Source: Nitrospinota bacterium
GTDB lineage: Bacteria; JADFOP01
Length of the DNA: 64,000 nucleotides
Reading direction: 5' to 3'
Assembly (NCBI GenBank): GCA_022562795.1
Contig: JADFOP010000006.1
Coordinates: forward strand, 1 to 64,000
The position numbers and the translations under genes are program-made. The notes under the pieces are model-generated. The model made no database searches. It was not told the origin of the DNA and was given only the letters and a program-made list of their open reading frames with translations. Numbering within the stretch: position 1 is the stretch's first letter; each line of letters begins with the position of its first letter. Positions 47,872-58,145 of this stretch are shown one piece after another.

Positions 47872-48768
47872 CTATGCTTTTATGAGTTCGGCCCACACGC
47901 CCTTCTCTATAAGCGGGTAGCCCATCTCTTCGCGCTGTTTGACGTAGCCCTCGGCGCATCCGCGCGCCAGTTCCCGGACACGCCCGATGTAACTCGTCCG
48001 CTCATTAACACTGATGGCCCCCCGGGCGTCGAGCAGGTTGAAGACGTGCGAGCACTTGAGACAGTAATCGTAGGCGGGCCAGATGAGGTTCTTGCCCAGC
48101 AATTGCTTGGACTCCGCCTCAAACATTTCGAAGAGCTGGAAGAGCATCTGGGCATTACTCTCCTCAAAATTATAGACGCACCACTCGTACTCGCTCTGCT
48201 TGTGGACATCGCCGTACGTTAGGCCCTGGGTCCATTCCAAATCGAAAATGTTGTCTATATCCTGCAGGTACATTGCGATGCGCTCGATTCCGTAGGTGAG
48301 CTCGCCGCTTATGGGCTTGAGGTCGATGCCGCCACACTGCTGGAAGTAGGTAAACTGAGTGATTTCCATCCCGTCGAGCCAGACCTCCCATCCGAGACCC
48401 CAGGCGCCGAGGGTGGGGCTTTCCCAGTCGTCCTCGACGAAGCGGATGTCGTGCTCCAGCGGATCGATACCGAACGCCTTCAGGCTATTGAGGTAGAGCT
48501 CCTGAAGGTCGTCGGGGCTGGGCTTCAGAATCACCTGGTACTGATAGTAGTGCTGGAGGCGGCTGGGGTTTTCGGCGTAGCGGCCATCGGTGGGCCGGCG
48601 AGAGGGCTCGACATAGGCCACGTTCCACGGCTCAGGCCCCAGGGCCCGAAGGAATGTGGCGGGGTTCATCGTGCCGGCGCCGATCTCCAGATCGTACGGC
48701 TGCTGGATAATGCAGCCGTAGTCGTGCCAGTATTGCTCGAGGGCCAAGACCAGTTCCTGGTATGTCAT
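47872..48768 (-). CDS. glyQ: Glycine--tRNA ligase alpha subunit
   Basis: [49 protein letters not shown] 48768 with GGAGG SD. Confidence 0.97.
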   Translation of the reverse strand: MTYQELVLALEQYWHDYGCIIQQPYDLEIGAGTMNPATFLRALGPEPWNVAYVEPSRRPTDGRYAENPSRLQHYYQYQVILKPSPDDLQELYLNSLKAFGIDPLEHDIRFVEDDWESPTLGAWGLGWEVWLDGMEITQFTYFQQCGGIDLKPISGELTYGIERIAMYLQDIDNIFDLEWTQGLTYGDVHKQSEYEWCVYNFEESNAQMLFQLFEMFEAESKQLLGKNLIWPAYDYCLKCSHVFNLLDARGAISVNERTSYIGRVRELARGCAEGYVKQREEMGYPLIEKGVWAELIKA

Positions 48769-48777
48769 GGTTTCTTC

Positions 48778-48894
48778 CTCCCGCCGAGAGCGGAACACCT
48801 CCCGTCCCGTCCGGCCGTTTTCCGGGCTCCTGCCGAGAGCGGAACGGATTCCGTCCCGCCCGGCGTTTTCCGCGAATTTCCGCGAATTTCCGAA
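48778..48894. repeat. Two imperfect 46-47-bp direct repeats plus a TTTCCGCGAA tandem in the glyQ leader
   Basis: 48778-48824 ctcccgccgagagcggaac...gttttccg versus 48827-48872 ctcctgccgagagcggaac...gttttccg; then tttccgcgaa x2 plus a partial copy (48867-48894). Confidence 0.85.
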
Positions 48895-48977
48895 TAAGCT
48901 AATTTTATATGACGTCCGCTCATGCTTGTTTAAACCTCGCGCAGGCCCGAGCTCATAACGCCGTGCCCCGCAGAGGC

Positions 48978-50210
48978 CTACTCCCCGCCGGCCGGCGGGG
49001 AGGCCTCCTCGAAGGCCTCGTGGAGCACCCGGACGGCCTCATCGGAGAATTTCTCCTCCACAATACAGGAGACCTTAATCTCCGAGGTGGAGATCATTAT
49101 AATGTTTATTCCCTCGTTGGCCAACGTGCGGAACATCCGAGCAGCCACCCCCGGGGCGCTCCGCATGCCAGCCCCCACGATCGAGACCTTCACGATGCCC
49201 GTATCGAGGGTCGTATCGCGGGCCCCGATCTCTTTGGCCACCTCCCGCATCAGCTTCTGGGTGCGTTCGGCATCGTCCCGGCTCACAGTGAAGGAGATGT
49301 CGGTGAGGCCCTCCTCGGAGATGTTCTGGACAATCATATCCACCACTACGTTGTGCTCGGCCACGGTCTCGAAGATAATCGCGGCGATGCCGGGTCGGTC
49401 GGGCACCCCAAGGATGGTCACCTTCGCCTGGTCCTTGCTAGATGTGACGCCGGCCACCGTCACCTCTTCCATGCCGGGCTGCCTCTCAACCACCATAGTA
49501 CCCTCCCCCGCCCCGAAGGCGGATTTTACCAGAATGGGCACCCCGTAGCGTTTGCCGAACTCCACGCTCCTGGCGTGGAGCACCTTCGCCCCCAGGCTCG
49601 CCAGCTCCAGCATTTCGTCGTAGAAGATGGTCTTCAACCGCCGGGCCGATGGGACGACGCTCGGGTCGGCCGTATAGATGCCGTCGACATCGGTGTAGAT
49701 TTCACAGACTTCAGCCCCGGTGGCCGCCGCCAGGGCTACGGCCGTCGTATCGGAGCCACCCCGGCCGAGGGTCGTCACATCGTCGTTGAGGCTGATGCCC
49801 TGAAAGCCTGCCACCACGCAGATGCAGCCTTCCTCCAGGGTCCGGCGGACTTTGTCAGCATCGGCGCTGATGATGCGTGCGTTCGTATGATTGGTATCGG
49901 TTATAATCCCCACCTGGCGGCCCGTCAAGGATTTGGCCTTATAGCCCATGCTTTGCAGGGCCAAGGTCAGCAGACTGATGGAGATGCGCTCGCCGTTGGC
50001 GATGAGCTGATCGATCTCCCGGCCGTCGGGCTCGTCCGTCAGCTTAAGGGCCATATCGAGGAGCCGGTCGGTCTCTCCCTCCATGGCTGATAGAACCACC
50101 ACGACCTGGTCGCCCCCGTCAACCCTCGCCGCGACCTGTTTCGCTACTTCACGTATTTTCTGAAGGTCGCCAACGGAAGTGCCTCCATATTTTTGAACTA
50201 CGAGCGCCAT
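48978..50210 (-). CDS. lysC: Aspartate kinase
   Basis: [28 protein letters not shown], two ACT domains (STSEIKVS). Start at ATG 50210. Confidence 0.95.
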   Translation of the reverse strand: MALVVQKYGGTSVGDLQKIREVAKQVAARVDGGDQVVVVLSAMEGETDRLLDMALKLTDEPDGREIDQLIANGERISISLLTLALQSMGYKAKSLTGRQVGIITDTNHTNARIISADADKVRRTLEEGCICVVAGFQGISLNDDVTTLGRGGSDTTAVALAAATGAEVCEIYTDVDGIYTADPSVVPSARRLKTIFYDEMLELASLGAKVLHARSVEFGKRYGVPILVKSAFGAGEGTMVVERQPGMEEVTVAGVTSSKDQAKVTILGVPDRPGIAAIIFETVAEHNVVVDMIVQNISEEGLTDISFTVSRDDAERTQKLMREVAKEIGARDTTLDTGIVKVSIVGAGMRSAPGVAARMFRTLANEGINIIMISTSEIKVSCIVEEKFSDEAVRVLHEAFEEASPPAGGE

Positions 50211-50211
50211 C

Positions 50212-51417
50212 TTACTCCCTATCATGCCTCAAGAAATAGGCCATAATGGTATGGCCCTCCGGAAAATGCCGGGAGCCCTCTTCACGACATGCCTCGGTGT
50301 ATCGCTCCACAGCGTCGCCGGGCCGGGTCGAGTCCCAAAGGGCGTACGGTACCGGTTCGGCCACATGGGTCTTCAAGGAGACGGGCGTGGGGTGGTCCGG
50401 GCAGAGGAGAACCCGGAACGGCCCCATGGCTTCGAGCCCCTCCAGAAGGGGCGCCACGAGTAGGCGGTCGAAGTCCTCCAGGGCCTCGACCTTCTTTTTC
50501 GCATCTCCAAGGTGTCCCGCCTCGTCGAACGCCTCCACGTGGACGTAGACGAAATCTTTCTCGCTGAGAGCATCCAGGGCGTAGTCAGCCTTGCCCCGGT
50601 AGTTTGTATCGAGGTAGCCGGTCGCCCCGGGCACGGCGATGAATTCTAGGCCCGCCAGCAGCCCTATCCCCTTGACGAGATCGACCCCCGAGATGACTGC
50701 GCCCTCCACCCCATAGCGCTCCTTGAATGGCTCTAGCCTGGGTGCCCTGCCCTGCCCCCAAAGCCATATAGAATTGGCCGCCTTCTCGCCCCTTTCCTCC
50801 CGGCTCCGGTTGACAGGATGGGCCTTCAGGAGCATCTGGGCGCTGGTCATCAGCTCAATCAGAGGCCCGGTGCCTTCACCCTTTGGCAGATAGGGAGCGA
50901 CGGGCTGGTCGGAGATGTCATGGGGCGGGGTCAGGACCATCCCATCGTGCCCCTCGCGCCAGACCAGAAGGTGGCGGTAGCTTACCCCGGGGTAGAGCCT
51001 AAAGGTCTCGTTGCCAAGCTCCTGGGCCAGGGTCGAGATGAGCGCCTCGGCATCCTCGGTGGAGATATGGCCCGCGCTGTAGTCCTCCATGACCAGGGCG
51101 TCGGCGTCAAAGCCCAGGGTGACGAGATTGCATCGGAAGGCGACATCCTCCGGGGCAAGAGCGACACCCATGGCGGCCGCCTCCAGGGGCGAGCGCCCCG
51201 TGTAGCTGGTCTTCGGATCGTAGCCGAAGACGGACAGGTTGCCGACATCGCTCCCGGGCGGCATGCCCTCGGGGATGGTGCGCAGGGAGCCGGTGATGCC
51301 GTTCCTTGCAATGGCGTCCAGCGAGGGGATGTGGGCCGCCTCAAGAGGGGTGCGCCCGCCCAGCTCTTCGCAGGGGTGGTCGCTCGCTCCGTCGGCCAAC
51401 AGCACACAGTATTTCAT
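50212..51417 (-). CDS. Cofactor-independent phosphoglycerate mutase family (ApgM-like; possible homoserine phosphotransferase)
   Basis: [39 protein letters not shown] (alkaline phosphatase superfamily). Confidence 0.85.
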   Translation of the reverse strand: MKYCVLLADGASDHPCEELGGRTPLEAAHIPSLDAIARNGITGSLRTIPEGMPPGSDVGNLSVFGYDPKTSYTGRSPLEAAAMGVALAPEDVAFRCNLVTLGFDADALVMEDYSAGHISTEDAEALISTLAQELGNETFRLYPGVSYRHLLVWREGHDGMVLTPPHDISDQPVAPYLPKGEGTGPLIELMTSAQMLLKAHPVNRSREERGEKAANSIWLWGQGRAPRLEPFKERYGVEGAVISGVDLVKGIGLLAGLEFIAVPGATGYLDTNYRGKADYALDALSEKDFVYVHVEAFDEAGHLGDAKKKVEALEDFDRLLVAPLLEGLEAMGPFRVLLCPDHPTPVSLKTHVAEPVPYALWDSTRPGDAVERYTEACREEGSRHFPEGHTIMAYFLRHDRE

Positions 51418-51439
51418 AGAGCGGGTTCCCTCTCTCTTT

Positions 51440-52498
51440 TCAAAGCTGCAAGATCTCAGCGACGGCATCGACGTCGGGCAGAACTGTCCGGGGCTCGGGA
51501 GAGACGGCCTGGGCCAATCCGATGTCCTTGAGGCCGTGGCCCGTCAAGGTGCATACCACTACGTCGCCGTCTTGAAAGTAACCCTTGGCGGCGTATTTTA
51601 CGACACCCGCAAGGGCGGCCGCCGAGGACGGTTCACAGAAGATGCCCTCCCGGCTGGCGATGAGACGGTACGCCTCGATGATCTCCTCGTCGCTGACCAT
51701 GTCGATGAGGCCCCCGCTGTCCTCCGCGGCCTCGACGGCTTCTTTCCAGCTGGCCGGGTTGCCGATGCGGATGGCGGTGGCGAGGGTCTCAGGGCTCTCG
51801 ACAACCTGACCCCTCACGATGGGGGCCGCTCCCTCAGCTTGAAAGCCCATCATGACGGGTGTTCGGGACACGCGGCCCGCCTCAGCATACTCCACATAGC
51901 CTCGCCAGTTGGCGGTGATGTTTCCCGCGTTTCCAACGGGCAAGATATGGTAGGTCGGCGCTGTCCCCCCCAGCTGGTCGCAGACCTCGAAGGCCGCGGT
52001 TTTCTGGCCCTCGATCCGGTGCGGGTTCAGGGAATTGACCAGGGTGATGGGGTATCGCTCCACAATCTCCAAGACGATGCCGAGCGCATCATCGAAGCTC
52101 CCCTTGACCTGGATGACCGTGGCATGGTGGATTAGGGCCTGGACGAATTTGCCGACGGCAATCTTGCCCTCGGGCACCACCACGATGGCCCGAAGGTTTC
52201 CCCTGACGGCGTAGGCCGCCGCCGAGGCCGACGTGTTGCCCGTCGATGCGCAGATGACAGCCGTAGAGCCCTCCTCAACCGCCTTGCTCACGGCCACAGT
52301 CATTCCGCGGTCCTTGAATGATCCTGTCGGGTTGACTCCCTCGTACTTAACGTAGAGCTCCAAGTTGACCCCGAGCAGCTCGACGAAGCGGCGAAGCTGG
52401 ATGAGGGGCGTGTTGCCCTCATTGAGAGTGATGACCGGGGTAGCCTCCGTCACCGGCAGGAACTCTCGATAGCGTTCAATGACTCCTCGCCAGCGCAT
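51440..52498 (-). CDS. thrC: Threonine synthase
   Basis: EGVNPTGSFKDRG, CASTGNTSASAAAY, PVGNAGNI, TGHGLKD. Confidence 0.95.
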   Translation of the reverse strand: MRWRGVIERYREFLPVTEATPVITLNEGNTPLIQLRRFVELLGVNLELYVKYEGVNPTGSFKDRGMTVAVSKAVEEGSTAVICASTGNTSASAAAYAVRGNLRAIVVVPEGKIAVGKFVQALIHHATVIQVKGSFDDALGIVLEIVERYPITLVNSLNPHRIEGQKTAAFEVCDQLGGTAPTYHILPVGNAGNITANWRGYVEYAEAGRVSRTPVMMGFQAEGAAPIVRGQVVESPETLATAIRIGNPASWKEAVEAAEDSGGLIDMVSDEEIIEAYRLIASREGIFCEPSSAAALAGVVKYAAKGYFQDGDVVVCTLTGHGLKDIGLAQAVSPEPRTVLPDVDAVAEILQL

Positions 52499-52520
52499 TC
52501 TCGCCTCGTGCCTCCTCCGC

Positions 52521-53846
52521 CTATTCCATAGCCTCTGAGGCCAAGGTGTTCTCGACCCGGATTAGCATGCTCGGGCCAGCGACCACATCGAGACCGTCAA
52601 TCGCTTTCAGGGCGATTTGCATAGCCCCCTCTTTGGCTTGATGGGTCATCAGGACAACTGGCACGGCCCCCTCCTTGCGGCGTCCCCGCTGAATGACCGA
52701 AGAGATGCTGATGCCGTTATCACCCAGAATGCCTGAGACCTGAGAAAGGACGCCGGGCTGGTCCTCTGCCATGACGCGAAGGTAGTACTCTGTCACGATA
52801 TCATTGACATCGCTTATCGGCAGCGGAAGCAACGCTTCGGGCGGGTAGGACATTGGGGGGACCCGCCCCGCGCTCCCCTTGAGTATGTTTCGGCAGATGT
52901 CGATGATGTCGCCCACGACCGCGCTCGCCGTCGGTAACGAGCCCGCCCCACGCCCGATGAATATAGTGCTCCCCACGGCGTCGCCCTCAACGTGGACCGC
53001 GTTTAGGACGCCGTCAACGGTCGAGAGGATATTGGTGGTCGGGACCATTGTCGGATGGACCCTCACTTCCACCTTGCCGTCCATCTCCTTGGCGATGGCC
53101 AGCAGCTTGATCCGGTAGCCGAACTCCCGGGCGAACTCAATATCCACCGGCTCGATGCGGCGGATGCCCTCGGTGAAGACCTTTTCCTCCGGCACGGGGG
53201 TGCCGAACGCCAGCGAGGCCAAGATAGCCAATTTGTGGGCCGAATCGATGCCGTCTATATCGAAGCTCGGGTCTGCTTCAGCGTATCCCTTCTCCTGGGC
53301 CTCGCGCAAGACCTCCTCGAAGGGGCGCCCCTCGTCCGTCATCTTCGAGAGAATGTAGTTGCCCGTCCCGTTGATGATGCACGAGATGGAGCGAATGCGG
53401 TCGGCGGAGAAGCCCTCCTTGATGGCCCTGATGATGGGGATACCACCCCCCACACTCGCCTCAAAGCCTACGTCGAGGCCCCGTCGCCCGGCCGCTTCGA
53501 ATATCTCCAATCCGTTGCGTGCGAGCAAGGCTTTATTCGCCGTCACCACGTGCTTGCCATGCTCAAGGGCCTGGAGCAAGAGGGTGCGGGCGGGCTCGTA
53601 GCCTCCGATGAGCTCCACCACAATCTCGATCGACTCGTCCTTTACCACCTCCTGGGCGTTCGTGGTCAGGAGAGTCGGGTCCACCTCCACAGGGCGGGGC
53701 CGATCGAGGTCGAGATCGCTAATACGCGTCAGTTCAATGCCCGCTCCTAAGCGTTGACGAATGACGTCCTGATTGGTCTGGAGAACTTGGGCCACCCCGC
53801 ACCCGACGGTCCCTAGGCCGAGCAGGCCCACGCGAAATGTGCGCAC
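52521..53846 (-). CDS. hom: Homoserine dehydrogenase
   Basis: GLGTVG, VVTANK, FEASVGGGIP, GYAEADP, C-terminal ACT domain. Confidence 0.95.
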   Translation of the reverse strand: MRTFRVGLLGLGTVGCGVAQVLQTNQDVIRQRLGAGIELTRISDLDLDRPRPVEVDPTLLTTNAQEVVKDESIEIVVELIGGYEPARTLLLQALEHGKHVVTANKALLARNGLEIFEAAGRRGLDVGFEASVGGGIPIIRAIKEGFSADRIRSISCIINGTGNYILSKMTDEGRPFEEVLREAQEKGYAEADPSFDIDGIDSAHKLAILASLAFGTPVPEEKVFTEGIRRIEPVDIEFAREFGYRIKLLAIAKEMDGKVEVRVHPTMVPTTNILSTVDGVLNAVHVEGDAVGSTIFIGRGAGSLPTASAVVGDIIDICRNILKGSAGRVPPMSYPPEALLPLPISDVNDIVTEYYLRVMAEDQPGVLSQVSGILGDNGISISSVIQRGRRKEGAVPVVLMTHQAKEGAMQIALKAIDGLDVVAGPSMLIRVENTLASEAME

Positions 53847-53870
53847 GGATGAACTCCCACCGACTGGTAA

Positions 53871-55037
53871 TTAAAGAGCTTCTTTGATGCCTTTAATCGC
53901 TTGCCGCGTGCGATGGACGTTTTCCACCAAGGCAAAGCGGACGTGTTCGTCGCCGAACGGGCCGAAACCTACGCCAGGAGCGATCGCCACATTGGCCTTC
54001 TCCACCAGAAACTTGGCGAACTCCAGCGAACCCGCCTTCTTATGCTCGGACGGTATCTCAGCCCAGAGAAACATCGTGGCCTGTGGTTTTTCCACCTTCC
54101 ACCCTATTCGATTGAGGCCATCGCACAGAATATCACGCCGCGTCCGGTAGGTCTCCCTTATCTCTTTCACCACCGAAGGAGGGCTGTTGAGAGCGATGAT
54201 GCTGGCAATCTGGATGGGCTGAAAAATTCCGTAGTCGAGGTAGCTTTTCATGCGGGTCAAGGCGCCGATAATCTGAGAGTTGCCCACGGCGAAGCCAACC
54301 CGCCAGCCAGGCATGTTATAGCTCTTAGAGAGGCTGAAGAACTCGACCCCGACATCCTTTGCGCCGGGAACCTGCAGCATGCTCGGAGGCTCGTAGCCGT
54401 CGTATCCGAGATCGGCGTAAGCAAAATCGTGGATGACGATAATGTTGTTCTCCTGGGCGAAGTCCACTATCCGCTCGAAGAATTCCAGGTCTACACAGGC
54501 GGTGGTTGGGTTATGGGGGAAATTGATGATAAGCACCTTGGGCCGCGGCCACAAAGTCTTGAACGTCCGCTCCATATCCTCGAAGAAGTCATGGTCGCGC
54601 GAGACTGGGATGTTGACCACATTACCGTTTGCGATGATGATCCCGTAGCTGTGAATCGGGTAGGTGGGTGCGGGGACCATGACCAAATCCCCCAGCCCGA
54701 TGATCGAAAGCGAAAGGTGGGCGATTCCCTCCTTGCTGCCTATCGTCACGACCGCTTCGGATTCGGGGTCGAGCTCCACATCGTAGCGCCGGGCATACCA
54801 CTGGCAGATGGCATCTCGTAGCTTCGTAATCCCTCGGGAGGCCGAATATCGGTGGTTCTTGCCCTTCTCGACCGCCTCAAGGAGCTTGTCCACGATGTGG
54901 CTGGGAGTGGGCTGGTCGGGATTCCCCATCCCAAAATCGATAATGTCGTGCCCAGCCCTCCGAGCCTTCATCTTCAGCTCGTCGACAATGGAAAATACGT
55001 ATGGTGGTAGGCGCTTGATGCGTTGGAAATCAAACAT
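53871..55037 (-). CDS. alaC: PLP-dependent aminotransferase class I/II (AlaC-like)
   Basis: [47 protein letters not shown]; precedes hom. Confidence 0.8.
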   Translation of the reverse strand: MFDFQRIKRLPPYVFSIVDELKMKARRAGHDIIDFGMGNPDQPTPSHIVDKLLEAVEKGKNHRYSASRGITKLRDAICQWYARRYDVELDPESEAVVTIGSKEGIAHLSLSIIGLGDLVMVPAPTYPIHSYGIIIANGNVVNIPVSRDHDFFEDMERTFKTLWPRPKVLIINFPHNPTTACVDLEFFERIVDFAQENNIIVIHDFAYADLGYDGYEPPSMLQVPGAKDVGVEFFSLSKSYNMPGWRVGFAVGNSQIIGALTRMKSYLDYGIFQPIQIASIIALNSPPSVVKEIRETYRTRRDILCDGLNRIGWKVEKPQATMFLWAEIPSEHKKAGSLEFAKFLVEKANVAIAPGVGFGPFGDEHVRFALVENVHRTRQAIKGIKEAL

Positions 55038-55237
55038 GAAAACTCCAGACCCTAAATTGCGCCGGACCGGCCCGGCTTAAATGCCTGTTGGGCCGACCCT
55101 CGCTCTACTTGAGGTAAGGCATGACTAAGAGCCTAGGGAGGCGCCCGCTAGAATAAAAAGTCAACCCCTTTTTGTAATAAATAAATGCAATGAATGTCAA
55201 GGAATATGGCGGACGGCCCTCTCCTGGACCAGGGGCC

Positions 55238-55975
55238 TCAATATGTGTAGAGGTTGCCGTAGGGCCGGTGGCTGATAGGAATCAGCTTAATGAAGGGCTC
55301 ACCCATCACTTCGTCTAGGTCGAGCTCAAAATCGTCACAGTACTCCTGAAGGATATCGTTGAGGAGCGTGAAGTCCTCTTCGTCGAGCTCGAGGATGCCA
55401 ACTTCCGCGCCGACCTGGTGCTCGGCCACCTGACCGCGAACGTAAATGACTCCGCCGTGCATGCCCGTTCCCAGATAGGGCCCAGCGATAGGGGTATCTT
55501 CCGAGCGATCGAGACCCAGGAGAATAAGGACGCCCCCGGCCATATACTCCCCCAGAAAAGACCCCGCCACGCCCCCAATGACCAGGTACGGGACCTGGTC
55601 GAGGAAGCCCTTCATGTGGATTCCAACCCGGTAGCCCACGTTGCCGCGAACGAAAATTTTGCCGCCCCGCATCCCGTATCCGAGCACATCGCCGGCATTG
55701 CCACGGACAACAATCTTTCCGCTGTTCATGGTGTTTCCTACCCCGTCTTGGGCGTTGGAATCACAGATGACGAGCGGCCCGTCCATGAAAGCGCCGAGGT
55801 CATTCCCCGGCACCCCGTTAATGTGGATGGTGACGGGAGTGGAGATGCCGTCGGCAATGTAGCGCTGGCCGTTGACATTCTCCAGGAAGAACTCGTCCTT
55901 GCCCTGGTCAACCAGGACTTTGAGCCGTTCGTTGAGGTCTCTGTAATAGACCCCTTTAGCCTCGAGGACAACCAT
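55238..55975 (-). CDS. Glutamate synthase GXGXG domain subunit (GltB3-like)
   Basis: GVPGNDLGAFMDG, DGVGNTMNSG, GYRVGIHMK, GEYMAGG, SHRPYGNLY. Confidence 0.85.
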   Translation of the reverse strand: MVVLEAKGVYYRDLNERLKVLVDQGKDEFFLENVNGQRYIADGISTPVTIHINGVPGNDLGAFMDGPLVICDSNAQDGVGNTMNSGKIVVRGNAGDVLGYGMRGGKIFVRGNVGYRVGIHMKGFLDQVPYLVIGGVAGSFLGEYMAGGVLILLGLDRSEDTPIAGPYLGTGMHGGVIYVRGQVAEHQVGAEVGILELDEEDFTLLNDILQEYCDDFELDLDEVMGEPFIKLIPISHRPYGNLYTY

Positions 55976-56107
55976 GGGGCTTGCTCCCCCCCTCCTCTCT
56001 GTATGAGCCGATCATCTAAGGTGGGCTCAGGTTCTGATATGGGCTACGGAGTGTTCGTCCTAGGCTCCGCGGCAGAAGCGTAGAGGCAGGCTGGTCCTTG
56101 CTAGCCT

Positions 56108-57235
56108 TCAAACCGCCACGTCAGGATCTAGCTCAACGATAACGGGGTCCCCTGCCCGGGGCGCCCAAGCTTCATCCAAGTCCGGGACGATCTCGCGAAT
56201 CGCGCTCTCCTCGCTGGCCATGATCGTCAAGTCCCCCTTGATCCCGCAGACAAGGGGACGCAGCTTAATCCGGTCGTTGAGCCCGATGAGCCCCCGGCTG
56301 TATGCGAAGAGAAAGGCGTAGGGGCCGTTGAGCAGCCCGCTTCCGTAAACCATCCTCAAGTTGGTGAGCGCTTCCCTTTCGCCCTTTTCCAGCATGTCAA
56401 TATCATCCCAGAAGGGAGCCGCCAAGGCCAAACAGGCGATCCGGTGCGGGAGGCCGTGCTTGCGAATCATGAGGTCTAGCATGTAGGCGATGACCTCGGT
56501 GTCGGTCAAGAGGGCTAAGCGGTAGCCGTACATCTCCAGGTAGCGCTTGTTGATACCGTAGCTTGATATCTCCCCATTGTGAACGATGGACCAATCAAGC
56601 AGTGTGAATGGGTGAGCGCCGCCCCACCAGCCGGGAGTGTTCGTGGGGAAACGGTTGTGGGCAGTCCAAAGGTACGCCCGGTACTCGTCGATCCGGAAGA
56701 ACTCGGCCACCTGCTCGGGAAACCCTACGCCCTTGAATACCCCCATGTTCTTGCCGCTGGAGAAGACGAAGGCCCCGGTAATATCTAAGTTGATGTGCAT
56801 GACGGTCCTGACGACGATATCGTCGTCACCCATCCCCTCCATGCCCCTGCGTTCGAGATCTTCCACGCGCTCGTGAGGTGCGACGAAGTAGCGTTTGAGC
56901 AGGGGGCTGTCTTTAATCGAGGCGATCGGGCGGACGGGGATCGTCTCTTGGTGCTTGATCAAGAGGTACTCGTTCAGAAATTCCTCGGTCTCATGGACGC
57001 TTGAGATTCCCTCGAACATGATATGGAGGGCGTAGTAGTCCTTGAACTCAGGGTAAATCCCGTAGGCCGCAAAGCCCGACCCCAGGCCATTGCCCCGGTC
57101 GCGCTGGTGGCATATGGACCTGATGATGAGATCACCGTCTATGAGCTCTCCCCGGCGGTGGATGATTCCCGTCATCCCGCAGCTGGAGATATCTTTCTCA
57201 TAACGATGCGAAAATCTGTCCCTGTCCCATCGCAC
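56108..57235 (-). CDS. Class II glutamine amidotransferase subunit of split glutamate synthase (GltB1-like)
   Basis: Cys19 (SSCG) after a short propeptide, DRGNGLG, HNRFPTNTPGWWGGAHPF, HNGEISSY, DRIKLRP. Confidence 0.85.
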   Translation of the reverse strand: MRWDRDRFSHRYEKDISSCGMTGIIHRRGELIDGDLIIRSICHQRDRGNGLGSGFAAYGIYPEFKDYYALHIMFEGISSVHETEEFLNEYLLIKHQETIPVRPIASIKDSPLLKRYFVAPHERVEDLERRGMEGMGDDDIVVRTVMHINLDITGAFVFSSGKNMGVFKGVGFPEQVAEFFRIDEYRAYLWTAHNRFPTNTPGWWGGAHPFTLLDWSIVHNGEISSYGINKRYLEMYGYRLALLTDTEVIAYMLDLMIRKHGLPHRIACLALAAPFWDDIDMLEKGEREALTNLRMVYGSGLLNGPYAFLFAYSRGLIGLNDRIKLRPLVCGIKGDLTIMASEESAIREIVPDLDEAWAPRAGDPVIVELDPDVAV

Positions 57236-57452
57236 GGCTTTGCCCCTCCCTCACAGGAGTGATAGGGCCGCATCCACTTTGAGGCCTGGCCAAGGTATAT
57301 ATACCCTTCGCTCCCCTTCTCCTAACAATGTGTCGAGTGAAGATTTTCCCGACAAGAGCGAGGCGGGAGAACCCGGGAAGACCCCATTTAAACTCTTTAT
57401 GCTACTGAGCGTCACCTATACTGTCAATCATTATTTTTGAGGCCCAACGTCA

Positions 57453-58142
57453 TTAGCGACGCTCAGGCTCACGGATAACAAGGGTCGGGTAGAGAAGTTT
57501 CTTTTGAAGGCGGCGCCCTATGAGGGCGGCTTCCTTCCGAGACTCGTATGGGCCCACCCTGACCTGGTGGGGCTTAGGAGCGTTCCTTGCGGTTAGGGCT
57601 TTGGCCCTGTAGCCCTGCCGTCGAAGCTCTTGTGTCAGGCGGCGTGCATTCTCCTTGTATTGGAATGCCGCGACCTGGACGAAGTAACGTCGAGAAGGCT
57701 TCACGCCCTTCGGGCGGACGGTTTTTGGAGGGCTCGTCGGAAGAGGCTTAGCAAGCACCGGAGCGGCCTTTTTAGACACAATAGCTTCGAGGGGCGGAGG
57801 GGCCTCGCCTGTCGGCTTGAAGGGGACGAAGGTCTCCCCATCCCGAGGAGAGCCCTCTTTGAGTGTTTCGAAGAAGGTGAGTTGATCGGACTTCCCAGTC
57901 GCCCGTTCTCCGGAACGCGTTTCTTTAGGTGCCGTCTTTTTCGAAGGGGCGGCCAATGAGAGGACGCGAGTCGTCTCCGGCGGCGACGCGGTGGTCTTGG
58001 GCCTCGCCAGGGGTCCAAGAAAGGCCCCCACTACCACCCCGACACCGAAGAGGACACAGCCTCCCACGGCCAAGCTCACACCGGAGCGGCGGGCCCGTCG
58101 CCTTGGGATCGCTGGGGCTCTGGTCTTGCGCTGAGCGGCCAC
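57453..58142 (-). CDS. SPOR-domain cell-division protein (FtsN/DedD-like)
   Basis: N-terminal TM, LTFFETL, YFVQVAAFQYKENA...VRVGPY; follows argS. Confidence 0.85.
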   Translation of the reverse strand: MAAQRKTRAPAIPRRRARRSGVSLAVGGCVLFGVGVVVGAFLGPLARPKTTASPPETTRVLSLAAPSKKTAPKETRSGERATGKSDQLTFFETLKEGSPRDGETFVPFKPTGEAPPPLEAIVSKKAAPVLAKPLPTSPPKTVRPKGVKPSRRYFVQVAAFQYKENARRLTQELRRQGYRAKALTARNAPKPHQVRVGPYESRKEAALIGRRLQKKLLYPTLVIREPERR

Positions 58143-58145
58143 CGG

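Noticed and set aside
48778-48894. Glycine riboswitch, T-box or mini-CRISPR upstream of glyQ
   Set aside because: It lacks the GGAGA/GCCGAAG/CTCAGG glycine aptamer core and the T-box consensus. There are only two units, no unique spacers and no cas genes. Kept as an unclassified leader.
48909-50090. Long plus-strand ORFs opposite core genes (e.g. 48909..50090, 53901..54821, 51239..52135, 44774..45634, 39004..39843, 34169..34951)
   Set aside because: Antisense shadows of well-supported genes in GC-rich DNA, with no recognisable motifs.
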